Shown here: in pieces, positions 25,701 through 37,357 of the stretch | Layout: the number at the start of each line of letters is the position of its first letter | Numbering within the stretch: position 1 is the stretch's first letter | From: Stylophora pistillata | Lineage: Eukaryota | NCBI RefSeq assembly: GCF_002571385.2 | Contig: NW_019217786.1 | Location: forward strand, 1,685,292-1,749,291 | Direction: 5' to 3' | Length of the DNA: 64,000 nt | Program-made: the position numbers and the translations under genes | Notes under the pieces: generated by a model | The model's input: only the letters and a program-made list of their open reading frames with translations | Database searches by the model: none | Told to the model about the DNA's origin: nothing

Positions 25701-28700
25701 AACACCCTACAACGGTTTCCATGGCTACAGTGTCCAACTCAAACACGATGACAGTGGGGGAGGGTGTAAAAACTACCACAATAGAAGTCATTCTTCCCGG
25801 TCAACAGGTGAAGGGCCAGGAGGGGAATGGCGAAGAAGCCCTGGGAACTATTAATTCTTCCCGTTGGACAGATCCAGAAACCATGGCCCTGCTAAGCCTT
25901 TGGAGGGCAAACTATAGAATTATCAAGGGCAAGAAACGAAATTACGAAGAATGGAACATGATTGCCAAGGAATTCAACAGGCGAGTAGCGCATTGCTCGC
26001 TGGGGCCCAGAACAGGGAATCAATGCAAGGTGCGGATAAAGAACCTGCTCGCGGAATACAAACGAACAAAGGACCAATTACCTCATTCATTTCCCTACCA
26101 CGACCAAGTAAAAGAGATTCTTAACAATAAAAGCGATCTATTTCGCGAAGAAGAGGTGGTACGCATCAACATACCGGCCGAGCACACCATTGCCAATGGC
26201 GTCGTTACTTCTCAAACTGTTGTTACTCCTTCTCCCACATTAACCTTTCCCAGTGCGATTCCTTCGGACACGTTTACAAGCAGACATTTGCGTCCCATCA
26301 AACCGGCCCCACCACCCACGCCACTGAATGCACCAATAGCAGCTAGCCAAGCAGACCAATACCCCATCCCCGTACAAGTATACTCCACAGCTATTTCTCA
26401 GCCTTCTCCAGCGACGGCAGTCAGCATGGAACTTCTGCATGCACCAAAGAGTTTTGCGAGCGAAGACGAATCATCAGAGGACGAGAGCTACTCCGAAGAA
26501 ATGACAGCTCGGGGCTCAAAAAGACCTCTCATCGCCCCCACCGAACCACTTCCTCGGAAAAAACCGAGGAAGAATCCAAAACCGCTCAAAACACCTCAGA
26601 GCCGTCGGGAAGATCTTAGCATGATCGCCATCTTACGGGAGTTTTTAGAGGACAGCCGCAAAAGGGAGGAGGACTTATTGAAAAGAATTCTACAGCAACA
26701 ACTTGAAGCTGAGAGCCGATATCAACAATTTACCCTAGATGTTCTGAAGGAAATCGGCAAAATGTTCAAAAAGGAATGATACTATAACCTTAAGGTTAAA
26801 AGCAAAACTATGTTAAGACATTGTTTGAGATCGATTTAAAGCAAAAACCCAATCATGTAGTGAAATAGTTTGAAAATGTGTAAGCGTTTGTACTTTGTTA
26901 TTTTCTTAATTGGTAAAACCAGGTTATCAGCTTGTGATAAAACCCAACTAACCTGATACACCCCTTATACACAGTTTCTTTAGGAGACTTACCCTCTTTA
27001 TTCACGTAGTGAGAGTTTAGTTGTGTTCCATTGTGTTCCATTGTGTTGAAGAGAACAAAATTAACCTGGAGAAACCTGGCTTTCTCTTTTAATTTCCCTG
27101 GAAAAACCTACGAACAGAGCCGGGGCTCTGCTTGCAGGGCACCCCGAAAGAAACGTGCTAAAATAATTGCGTTCAACCTACAACGTTCAACAGCATTTCC
27201 TAGTTTTACTTCCTATTTCTTTCTTCCATTTCCTTAAGGAAAGCGCGTTTGAACCTGAATTTAAAAGTCCTCGTTGGAGCCACAGCTATGAGTATGAGCT
27301 CCCCTCACCTCTTCAACAAGGGAACAAGTGACATTCACTCAAAGTTTTGAACGATTACTAAATGTTTTTTCATATTTTGGTCTCACCTGAACTTCCCGGG
27401 CACGGCAGGGTATAGCCGTAGGTCTCGCTATGTACAAACTGCCTGTCATTCAGTTTTGTTGTAGAGTAGATTGCAAAGCACTCCAAACATACAGCGTGTC
27501 CATCGGCGCAAGGGAAAACCAAAACAGGATCCCTGCAACACGATTGAATTTGTGACCAAATGAACAATCGCCTCCCTTTGGCATGAAAATCAGTGGTCAG
27601 GATTTTGTCGGCAGACATTATCTGTGTCTGTTCCTCGATGCTCACCGTTTTGCGAGTGAGCCCTCAAGGAACAGATAAAATCCAAGTTCAAATTTATGAG
27701 ATTATTTGAGAGGCAAATGGCAGCTAGGCGGTTATCGTGATCCTTCAAATGCTTTGCAGCTCGCGAGACAAAATGTTTGCAAACTCAGCCGGCAAAACAA
27801 GCGCAATTTGTTTTTTCCTTTTTCAGTCAAACGGAGGCAAGAGCGAGACGAGCTCAAAATGCGAGACGAGCGCGAAGTGAGTCACGCACGAGGGGAAGAA
27901 AAACTAACTTATTCTTTCGCGCTCCTCCTCGCGCGTGACTGGTGCTTCGCGCTCGCCAAGCGTTTGTTCCCGATCGCCTATAAGACAGCAAAAATTCCGG
28001 CGGTTCTGTTGGCTAAAAACAGCTTAGCCTCCCACCTTGAATTACTATTTTAAAAACGAGTGCGAGGGTTTCATCAGGGTTTTCAAACACGAGAAAATGG
28101 ATGAAAGAAAATGAAAATATTCACGAATTTTTCACGTGTTATCGGAAAGTCTGTTGTTGCTATTCAAATCAAGAAATGAGTTCGCTAGAGTTTGATGCTT
28201 TATCAGACCCAAGGGTTTGATATTATGTGAACCTCATGGATAGCCCGTCATTCCAGTGTTTCACCGGGGTTTCAAACCACATGCACGTGACGAAATTGGC
28301 GTGTCGAAGTTGGATGATCATCTTATGAATAAGTCATGAATATGGGAATTAAATTTCAAATGATGACTTTCATCGTATTGTACCTAACGTTTGAATACTG
28401 GGAACTATCACTTGGAAAAAATAGTTTATTTGTCGCCTATCGATATTAGATAACTTGCGGTTAAACTAGGTTTGCATTTGCTGTAGCTCAGCCAGCAAGT
28501 TAGATACCCAAGGCTCTCATCAGTCAGTGATAAAAAAAAAAAACTTGATGACGTGACTTACCTGTTATCAGCACAGGCCAAACAAGGAATGTCTCTGGTG
28601 TTTGACCGAATCAAAGTTAGTGCTACACATCTGTCTCCCTCGGCAGCAGTATGTTGTGCACACTTAAAGTAAAACTCCTAAAAACAGGTAACCAAAAGCC

Positions 28701-31700
28701 GATTGTTGGCGACGTCAGAATTGCAAATCACAAATCATAATCCATCAATTATTTTTGCACGAACGCGATAAGTTTAGATGTATCACGCGACCAAATACAG
28801 TCGAATCTGTCGTTTGTGAAAGCCCCGAAATTTTTTCACCTTTATTTCACGATCACCTCTATTAATATTTAGTTAGTACCAACAGCCTGGTTGTATTGTC
28901 TTCCACCTGTATTGTACGGTCACTTCAAGCAGAACCATTCAGATAAAAGTTAAGGATAATGTGATACCATTTGTAATTAAATAAATTACATTTGACCTGT
29001 AGATTGAAAATTAAATTAAGCCGTGATCCTCGCAGGTGAGCTTCTCTTTAAGTAATTGCAAAAGAGAAGCCTGAAAAATTCAGGCTTTGATGGAATCCTG
29101 CAGAATGTACTGACTTCTCAAATAATGATTCTAATTATCAGAGTCTGTGCTATCCTAACAAGAGTAAGTAGTAGAGCTCTTTCTTATACCGCTATACTCC
29201 CTTCACAGCCTGATTTTTTACACGATCCTCTGATTCTTCCTGATCTCATAACATCTTCCCAACTACTTGGATCCTGTCAGGAAAATTAAGATGTAAATCA
29301 TTAAATCAACGGCAATTTCCAGTAGCAGAACCAGACCTTGAGCTAGGGAGGAGGAGGGGGGGGGGGCATTTTTGTTTGTGTGAATTCACCTGCTGTCTTT
29401 TTTCCCTCTGCATTTATTTCTTTAACCAAAATAAGGGGGGCAACCAAAATAAGGGGGGCCTGGACCCCCTGCCCCTCTCCTAGAACCACCTCTGCTTTCT
29501 AATGACTACACTGAACTCACTAAAGCCTTTACTATTTTAACACTGATCTGAATAACACAATCACTGTGACTATTTGTTACCCGCAGTCTATTCAAGTACA
29601 GTCACACTGCAGACATCATATTAACTCTTTGATGCCTGAGAGTGACCAGCATCTAATTTCTCCTTACAATATCACCACTGAATCCTACATGAAGGTCACA
29701 AGAATTGAGAAAATGATCATCAACTAAAGAAGCTCTTAATTGTTAAACAAACTCTCCTTGTCAGTGCCTTTGGAAATGTTTTGAGAACAGCATGGAGAAT
29801 ACGCACACCACTGGAGCTTATCCCAGTTTTTGTAGCATGAAGAGGCAAAGAGTACTGCTATGTACCCCCCCCTGGATGGAATGCCAATCCATTACAGGTT
29901 ACCCTAACCCCCCTCCCCACAGGTTTACCTGACAGTTGACTGCTATCACTCAATTTACATTCCTGGGAGGAGAGGGGCACTTTGAGAAAAAATTGACATG
30001 TGGCTCCCAAAGATTAGGTGAAGAATAATTTTAGCAATTACCATAAAACTTGTCTTTCAGACAGTAATACCATCAAAAACAGTGAGAGAATATCATGTCA
30101 TTCAATTCAAACCTCATTTTTTGTAAAAACCTTTTGAGAGTATATTTCTTTTGTAAATGGTTACTTCCTATTATTACTTTGCATCAACATCAACTAATAA
30201 TTGAAAATTAAATGCTTAGAATAATTTACCTGCTGAAGAACAATTGCCCCTTCTTTGCACAGAGAGCAACAAACCCTCAACTTTCCTGGAGTAACCTCTT
30301 TACAAGTCTTGCAGTAGACAAAATACTGGGTCTGCCGCTGGGAAGGTGCTTTAAGATAAAAAACAGGAATTTGAAGGGAGGGAAGATAAGTGAATAGCAA
30401 ATTTGCTTTGACAAAGGGTTTTGGTGCTAGAAACATTATACTTAGAAACACTTTACAGTGACCAATTCAGGTTATCACTCAGTTGATAAAACCAAATAAC
30501 CAGTCTCAACCATTCCCCTCATTAATCCATTTCATTCCCCCAAAATATATCATAATGGCAGTTTTTACTGACATTTCTACATACCTCCATCTGTTGAAGT
30601 CGCTGCTCTCTCTTCATCTTCACCCACAGTGGAAAGTTTAACTTTGGCCAATGGCATTATTTTGCCAGGTCTACTAGGTCTCGCCGACCAGCGGCCACCT
30701 CGGATAGCATGAATAACACTTTGGTGAGGAATCTCTGCATCCTAGTTCAAGTTGATTCAACACATGATACATAAATATTTATTATGACATTTATTATTTA
30801 ATCTATGGAATAGAATAGCATTACACAACCAAGCAAAACATATATCTTATTAACCATGCGCGAGGGCTGTACTGGGAGAATATCAGCACGAGGTCTTGAC
30901 AGTACGGACCTTGCTGCGCTCGGTCTGNTGGCCCTCTGACTGCCCGAGTCGTGTAATAAAATATGTTATTGACCCTTTTCAGAGAAATTTTGTTACAAAT
31001 TGATTTCAGTCATACCAGACACTGATTACAGAAAGTTTTGCAACTGGAACAGCAAACTATGCAAAAGGAATTTTGGGAAATTTGAGCTGGTGCATGAGTG
31101 AAATGGTTTGATGTTAGATGAACCTCCCAACAAAGGGTGCATTGAAAATAAAAATAAATAATAAAAAAATAAATATGTTAATTGAAGCTCCCCACGGGGG
31201 CTTTTCAGCCACACTGTAGCCTAACTAGGTGCTGGAAGATCCCCACTGCGGGTAGGAGGCAGACTAGTGGGCTATTTACAGAGTGCAGCCAAGGAGTTGA
31301 ACTAGGGGCAACCCGAGAACAAATCCAGTGAATGGCAGGGCCGAGGACTTGAACACGGGACGCCGCATTACAAGTCCAGCACCCTAGCCACTCAGCCATG
31401 CCACCTCCATATATGTGAAAATAACACAGTGACACTTCCAGTTTTTCCTTAAAGAACCTCTCTACATAAAAAACATCCATAGTAACATTTGATCATATAA
31501 ACTTCAGGCTCCGGTTGTTCAAAGGGTGGATAACGCTATCCAACAGATAAATGGCTATCCAGCGGATGAGCGTTACCAAAACGTACTACGCTATCCACCG
31601 GATAGAGATTTATCCAGTGTATAGCATTATCCATCCTTCGAACAACCGGAGCCAGGTAAACAACTATTTCAAAAAAAGCAAAGTCAAAATCAAAGTTAAA

Positions 31701-32188
31701 TGCAAGGTGCTCTGCATCTGCAGGCCCACCTCTTACACACTATGGCCTTTGTTTTGCAGTTTCCTTTGAACCTTTTTCCTTCACTGAAATATCCTACCCA
31801 TAATAAAGCCAAACCCGATATTGATTAAACTAATTGTATACAAATTCCAAATGAAGCAGTTCCTTTGTGCTAACGATGTTGACAGATGTTAGATGTACAC
31901 CACTAATAAAATGACATAGATCATATATGCGATTTGTGTTTCTTTAATGAAAATACCAGCAGATTTCGTAGAGTAAACACTGATGCATACCTTCAGTTGA
32001 AGATCATCTTTCAGTTCTCGCCCTGCAAAAATTATTCGCAACTCTGAAGCTTCAACTCCTTGACTGGTAGCTATCTCTTGTTTAAGCCTCAACACTGTCC
32101 ATTGTAGGTCAATAGTGACTGGTATGTTGGTGTTGGAGTTAAATCGCACAAAGATAGTGAACCTCTCTCGTCTCCTTGCTGTTGCCAT
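19791..32188 (-). CDS. PRKN: E3 ubiquitin-protein ligase Parkin (Ubl-RING0-RING1-IBR-REP-RING2), ~444 aa, 11 coding exons
   Basis: Exons 31991-32188, 30585-30741, 30230-30348, 29190-29273, 28562-28677, 27387-27532, 22812-22873, 21620-21754, 21265-21357, 20428-20545, 19791-19897 (1335 nt, in frame). Ubl [23 protein letters not shown] (Ser65 equivalent at 30718-30720); RING0 [25 protein letters not shown]; RING1; REP ARWE; RING2 [25 protein letters not shown] with catalytic Cys/His/Glu. Confidence 0.97.
20564..21066. mobile_element. Tc1/mariner(pogo)-type MITE, TA TSD
   Basis: TA-CAGTAAAAACCCGCGTGTAAGAACCTA ... TAGGTTCTTACACACAGGTTTTTACTG-TA; internal TAAGAACC repeats. Confidence 0.8.
21950..22070. 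mobile_element. Truncated foldback element with back-to-back hammerhead cores
   Basis: AAAAGCTGACGTTTCGGGCGTTAGCCCTTCGTCA..GCTCTGAAGAAGGGCTAACGCTCGAAATGTCAGCTTTT; + core at 21989-22022. Confidence 0.68.
22214..22429. repeat. Long inverted repeat (~85-bp arms)
   Basis: TTCCATACGTGTGTTGCTTGCTCCTGGTGTCGTTATTT.. / ..AAATAACGACACCAGGAGCAAGCAACACACGTATGGAA. Confidence 0.8.
22437..22695 (-). mobile_element. tRNA-derived SINE with CORE-like central domain (5' head partly lost)
   Basis: Minus strand: B-box-like GGTTTCGAGCCC, then GTGTTCTCAGGCAAGACACTCTACTCTCACAGTGC..TAAATGGGTAC (resembles the MIR/CORE domain), T-rich end; decayed second copy ~29812-29990. Confidence 0.7.
25252..25345. repeat. (ATT/ATC)n microsatellite
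   Basis: Direct reading. Confidence 0.95.
25694..26779 (+). CDS. Myb/SANT-like (trihelix/MSANTD-type) DNA-binding protein with C-terminal coiled coil, intronless ORF nested antisense in Parkin intron 22874-27386
   Basis: 361-aa ORF with [57 protein letters not shown], a Pro/Ser/Thr-rich linker, acidic patch, basic NLS-like RKKPRK, and amphipathic C-terminal helix. Pyrimidine tract + AACAG acceptor ends at 25675, just upstream of the ATG. Confidence 0.88.
   Translation: MSQHPTTVSMATVSNSNTMTVGEGVKTTTIEVILPGQQVKGQEGNGEEALGTINSSRWTDPETMALLSLWRANYRIIKGKKRNYEEWNMIAKEFNRRVAHCSLGPRTGNQCKVRIKNLLAEYKRTKDQLPHSFPYHDQVKEILNNKSDLFREEEVVRINIPAEHTIANGVVTSQTVVTPSPTLTFPSAIPSDTFTSRHLRPIKPAPPPTPLNAPIAASQADQYPIPVQVYSTAISQPSPATAVSMELLHAPKSFASEDESSEDESYSEEMTARGSKRPLIAPTEPLPRKKPRKNPKPLKTPQSRREDLSMIAILREFLEDSRKREEDLLKRILQQQLEAESRYQQFTLDVLKEIGKMFKKE
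31195..31410 (-). mobile_element. tRNA-derived SINE
   Basis: Minus strand: TGGCTGAGTGGCTAGG (A box)..GTTCAAGTCC (B box), followed by a non-tRNA body. Confidence 0.68.
31507..31654. repeat. Short palindromic MITE with TATCCA microrepeats (second copy ~7086-7193)
   Basis: GGCTCCGGTTGTTCAAAGGGTGGATAA ... TTATCCATCCTTCGAACAACCGGAGCC. Confidence 0.72.
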
Positions 32189-33710
32189 TCTATTGTCAAT
32201 ATGCCAATCTGTAGGAAACTTTGAAGAGACCAGGAAATAACCATTATTCTAATTCTAATGGCGTTAAACTTAACTTAACATAATCAACCACTACCCACAA
32301 ATAGCATAGCTAGTCTCGGCGGGCAGTGTGTGGACACTAAAACATCTTACATAGATTTCGGTTCAACAAAAGATATACAAGAAGCAGAAATTAAATATGA
32401 AATCATTAATTTAAAAGCAGAAATGACAGTATGAGATAAAAATACAGAAACAGAAACACATGACAATAAACAGAAGAATACATAACTTATACACTACTAT
32501 TAACTGGATTTAACTTTTGACACATCATTGATTATTCATTCTACGTCAACATAACTATCTTGAATTTGAAGATTTTGAAATAATATTGTTGTTAGCTTTT
32601 TCTTGAAAATATCTTTTGGAAGATTCCTTACGTTTCCTGGGATGCTATTCCAAATTTTACAACCAATCCTTGAGAATGAGTTTTTATGTTGATTTAGCCT
32701 GGACTAGTTTATGTAATAGTTACCGGCAGATGAAGATCGGGTATTATGATGAAGATAGGGTATTATGTGAGTTAGTTTACACAAGAAAAATAATGTCAAG
32801 CTAGCAATGAAGTGTGCACATAGTAAACCCTTGTCTAAACCAAGAAATTATTTCATTATTTCAGCACTTAGCGTTAAAACAATATCATCTCTGTTCGAGT
32901 GAACACATAGAATTCTATAGTAGAAAATAAGATTATACATTACGTCTGCATCACCTCCGAGTGCATAACGATTAATTTAATCGTGCATCATACGTTTGAC
33001 ATTAATTGACTGAAAGATCTAAGACCTCAGCGTGGGAACTTTGAAAAATTTACGTTTTTTACTGTATATTATCATAACGACACTAAACTGGTAGTGATTC
33101 AAAGTAACTTTGTAATTTAGGAGCCTACAATAATTACCTTCAACCAGGAAATAGTCATGAAAGTGTTGGAAATCAAGTAAACATTCTATACTCTCGATTG
33201 ATCAAGCTGTGTATCACGGGATTGTTTAGGAAGTCATCTCGCTCTGAAAGTCAATTGAACAGCGGAAAGAGAACGAAAATTAAAGAAATTTTCGATAGCA
33301 AGGTTTTTTAATTGAGGCATTTTTCAAACAATCACCGAATGGTTAGAAATTATACGATTTTTGATCACAATTATTCGATGTTTTTGCTCAAATTCCTCGA
33401 GTCAATCCTAGACTAAAAGGAGCAAAAGCCCGATTCATGAAGTATAATTTCGAAAAAATACTATCAGCGCGTATTGTTACAGCATTAATTACACACACGT
33501 GTCATCTTGATTACCTAATATCGCTGAAAATGCTCCAAACCACAGTAAAATACACAGCTACTTGGAACGCTTCAACTTAGTTTCACTTCCAGGTTTGTTT
33601 GTCACAGGGGAGGGGAGGGTCATCACTTCCTCTCCCTAGTCGACTGACAGCGCGCACACTTTGTCCGCACCAAAAAATTAGAAAAGAAAAAAAAGTGTAA
33701 AGCTGTAAGC

Positions 33711-34486
33711 TATGGTTAGCCAAATGTTGCAAAATTCAACAACTTGCATATTTATATTCAACAACTTATATTTATGCTCAACAAAATATATTTTTATTCA
33801 ACAGTTTACAATTATATTCAACATTTTATATTTATGTTCAACAACACGCATTTCTTTTCATATTCAACCAAAATTATTTTCATTCAACAACNNNNNNNNN
33901 NNNNNNNNNNNNNNNNNNNNNNNNNNNNNNNNNNNNNNNNNNNNNNNNNNNNNNNNNNNNNNNNNNNNNNNNNNNNNNNNNNNNNNNNNNNNNNNNNNNN
34001 NNNNNNNNNNNNNNNNNNNNNNNNNNNNNNNNNNNNNNNNNNNNNNNNNNNNNNNNNNNNNNNNNNNNNNNNNNNNNNNNNNNNNNNNNNNNNNNNNNNN
34101 NNNNNNNNNNNNNNNNNNNNNNNNNNNNNNNNNNNNNNNNNNNNNNNNNNNNNNNNNNNNNNNNNNNNNNNAGGTATGTCATTAAATAACTATGTATGGT
34201 AGAAGTTGAATAATCATTTTTTTTGGGTAAAAAGTTTGGACTGAAGTTGAACAATTAACTTTGTTGAGTAAAATAAATTCAGCTATTGAAGTTGATTAAA
34301 TATTGTTGTTGCATGAAAATAATTTTGGTTGAATATGAAAAGAAAATGCGTGTCGTTGAAAATCAATATAAAATGTTGAATATAACTGTAAACTGTTGAA
34401 TAAAAGTATATTTTGTTGAGTATAAATAATAGTTGTTGAATATAAATATGCAAGTTGTTGAATTTTGCAACATTTGGCTAACCATA
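33711..34486. mobile_element. Foldback element with long TTCAAC-rich TIRs, 6-bp TSD, spanning an assembly gap (33892-34171)
   Basis: TATGGTTAGCCAAATGTTGCAAAATTCAACAACTTGC.. and its reverse complement; TSD GTAAGC at 33705-33710 and 34487-34492. Confidence 0.8.
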
Positions 34487-35138
34487 GTAAGCGAGTATGG
34501 TTTCCTTGGCAAATGACCTGCATAAGAAATTAACCAAACATTCTCAAAATAAATCATTCTCCTTGCATGAGAGAGGAGTAACTGAGAAATGACTGAATAT
34601 CAGACAAGATCCATCTTTCTAAGGATCTGGCCGGCTTGCAGCACACTCCTGATAAGCGGATTTTACTTCAAAGAAAATAGCGCGGAAAAATATGGGAGAG
34701 GGGTCCAAGCTTTACTTTTCTTTTCCTCTTTTTTCGTTCTCGTTCTCGTCTTCCATTTCTTCCCAAGACGTTTCAATTTAACTTTGAAATGTTCAGCAAG
34801 CAACCGTGGACGATAATCCTACTCTTGTACGTTGGATCAGCAGTGATCTAATCGGCCCAAAATAACAAATATAAATATAGAGGCAAGGCCAATACAACGT
34901 AGATAAGTTTTAAGACGGAGCACTATTACGGAATAGGGACGAATAAATGGAGGTCCCGTCTCCTGCAGGGTTGGGGAAGGAGACGTTAATTTCTCACACA
35001 CGAGATTACTGTGTGATGGGTGTCCTCCCCTGGGGTGGGATGGGTCGGATATTGGGCGCACTTAATTTGGAGCCTCGCTCTGTTGTGCGATCCTCACCAC
35101 ACTCTGGTGAAAGTGATTAAATTAAATTAATTCCCATT

Positions 35139-35179
35139 GCACCTGAAGAAGGTTGGTTTGGCCAGCCGAAATATAGTGC
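35139..35179 (+). ncRNA. Minimal type I hammerhead ribozyme (Penelope-like-element type)
   Basis: GCAC-CTGAAGA-A-GGTTGG(TTTGG)CCAGCC-GAAA-TATA-GTGC: stem I GCAC/GTGC, core CUGANGA plus an extra A, 6-bp stem II, GAAA, palindromic ATAT stem III, predicted cleavage after AUA (35175). Confidence 0.72.
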
Positions 35180-36123
35180 TCCGTCTTAAAACTTATCTAC
35201 GTTGTATTGGTCTTTCCTCTATATTTGTTTCAATGTAATATTCTGCTGACCCTATTGAACATGGATATCCCCAACATTTAATTGCCCCTATCCCCCAGAT
35301 CCCCAGATGTTGTTCTCGAATTCCACGGGCCTACCCCACTGCAGGAGGGAAGGTTCCGGGGGTCCGCACCCTTTCTTATGAGATCCGTGGAATTTGTTCT
35401 ACTGCTCCGTCTGACCCAAAAATTCTTGCTGTGGCAGAATTGCATGTTACTTCTCAAAATAAGGTAATTGAAATTTACCTGTCTTGGAATATTTCTCAGC
35501 TTAGTCAGGCTATAGTTAAAAAGACAACTTGTGTGATCTGAATCACAGGTTAATCCCTTCCCCTACCAACTATTCCTGGAGAGCTGGATACCCCCTGACT
35601 TAGAACTAGCTGAGTTGGTCAAGACGATTACTTTAACTTTTTCTTCATTCCTTAAATTGAAAAGTACCAAGGAATCTTCTCTCATAGCGATTTTTTTTTT
35701 ACTTATAACTTTCTTCGGTTCCTATCATTTTTAAATAAAAGTTTCTTTAAACCTCTCTAAAGTCTAAAATTTCGACTGTGTTTGACCCTTGAACTCCCAA
35801 GATCGGACCACTAATCCTCTATTCTAACTGCCATAGATTTATGTCTGTTAATAAATCAAGAGAAATTGACGTTGTCGAGATGGCACTCTCTCCCTAACAC
35901 GTTCGTCTCCACTCGTCACCTTTATGGTGAATTATGTATTGATATTTCAAGGAGAAATTACAACTTAATCGCTTCTTAGAGTTGAAAGGTTGAGGTTACA
36001 TCATAAAAAAAGTTTCGACCGTTTTCACACTATCATGACTAGTCATCAACGAACGTCTTCTCCCGGTTGCAATGATGAAAAAGAAGGGAAAAACATATTT
36101 TTCTTGATAATCTCTGCTTGATT

Positions 36124-37357
36124 CTATCCTGACATGATGTGTTTCACAAATTCTTCGTACATAACCTGGCCTTGATTATCCTCGAACCCAACCAAAAGCT
36201 GATCAAGCTCTTCAGCTGTCAACTTGTCACCCAGACTGCGTAACACGTGACGTAATTCAGAGGCGTTTACAAGCCCGTTACAGTTGCGATCAAAGACTCG
36301 AAGGCATTCGATAAAGTACTCCGGATCAACTGGAAAAGAAAAGATAAGGTGCGAAATAAACTCAGATTGTGAGAATATTTTTAGCAAGTGCTTAATCAGT
36401 CAGTCTTCGCGAGGGAGCTAAAAATTTTTGTTAGCGAATACCCCATTTACACCAGTAAAACATGTTTCGTCAGACCACGTTTGGCTAAAAAAAAATATCA
36501 GAAACAGATAGGTGAAGAACTCAATTTTACGTAGGTGTTAAGTGATCACCAGCGTTTATTTTCATTGTGCTAAATTTGAAGTTAGCCTTCTTTCCAGACG
36601 TTCTTTGGGTGTCGATTTAAAAATTCTCCCCCGTTCGTCGGGGGAGAATTTTTAATTCGACACCCAAAGAACGTCTGCAAAGGAGGCTAATTTGAAGTGG
36701 GCAAATATCAGTTTCAGCAACGACCAGGAGGAAAACCAATTCAACCGTGTTTTGCAAACAAGCTTTTATTTTTGTTTGAATGAGGTACGTATATGTCTTA
36801 TTGTTTTGTTTGATTTAAGTGATCTTAAATCCATTTACAAATATATGCTAAAGATAAAATAAGTATTGGATTTGTGGTGTAGCTTGTTCGGGCAAAGTAC
36901 TTTGTGTAATTTGGCAAGGACTAAGAACACTGTCGCCTTTTAAAATTATAGCGTTTCTCTTCAGTTTAAAATCGATTTCTGTTTCAAACCTTGTGGATAT
37001 TATTGTTGTCTTTACATCTTTAAATGCGAATTCATTTCAAATGAAAACGGAAAGTAAGCTCTATGGAGAAGAAAGACATCATTAAAATAAATTATACCAC
37101 TCACCTCCGCTTTTCTTTTTCCGATCACGCAGATTTTGATAAACTGGGAAGAATTCTTCGAAGCTAACTCGCTTTATACCAGTACTAGCAGGATCGAGAT
37201 TACGAATAATTTTTGAAATTTCTCCTTCCGTCGGATTCGTTCCGAGAGCCCGGAGAACATCTCCGATTTGGCTACATTCGACTCTCTTATCTCCCCTTCG
37301 GTCGTAAAGATAAAATGCTTCTTTGCACTCGTCGATGGATTCTTCAGGCGCCAACAT
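36124..37357 (-). CDS. Myosin essential (alkali) light chain, MYL6/Mlc-c-like EF-hand protein, ~152 aa, 2 coding exons
   Basis: Exons 37105-37357 and 36124-36329 (459 nt in frame): [90 protein letters not shown]. The acceptor at 37360-37361 implies a 5' UTR exon, with donor candidates at 37598 and 37688. Confidence 0.92.
36583..36689. mobile_element. 107-bp hairpin MITE with 9-bp TSD in myosin light chain intron
   Basis: Near-perfect palindrome TAGCC..GGCTA; TSD ATTTGAAGT at 36574-36582 and 36690-36698. Confidence 0.82.

Noticed and set aside
33712-34557. ORFs of 120-157 aa around the N gap
   Set aside because: Artefacts of N runs and AT-rich inverted repeats.
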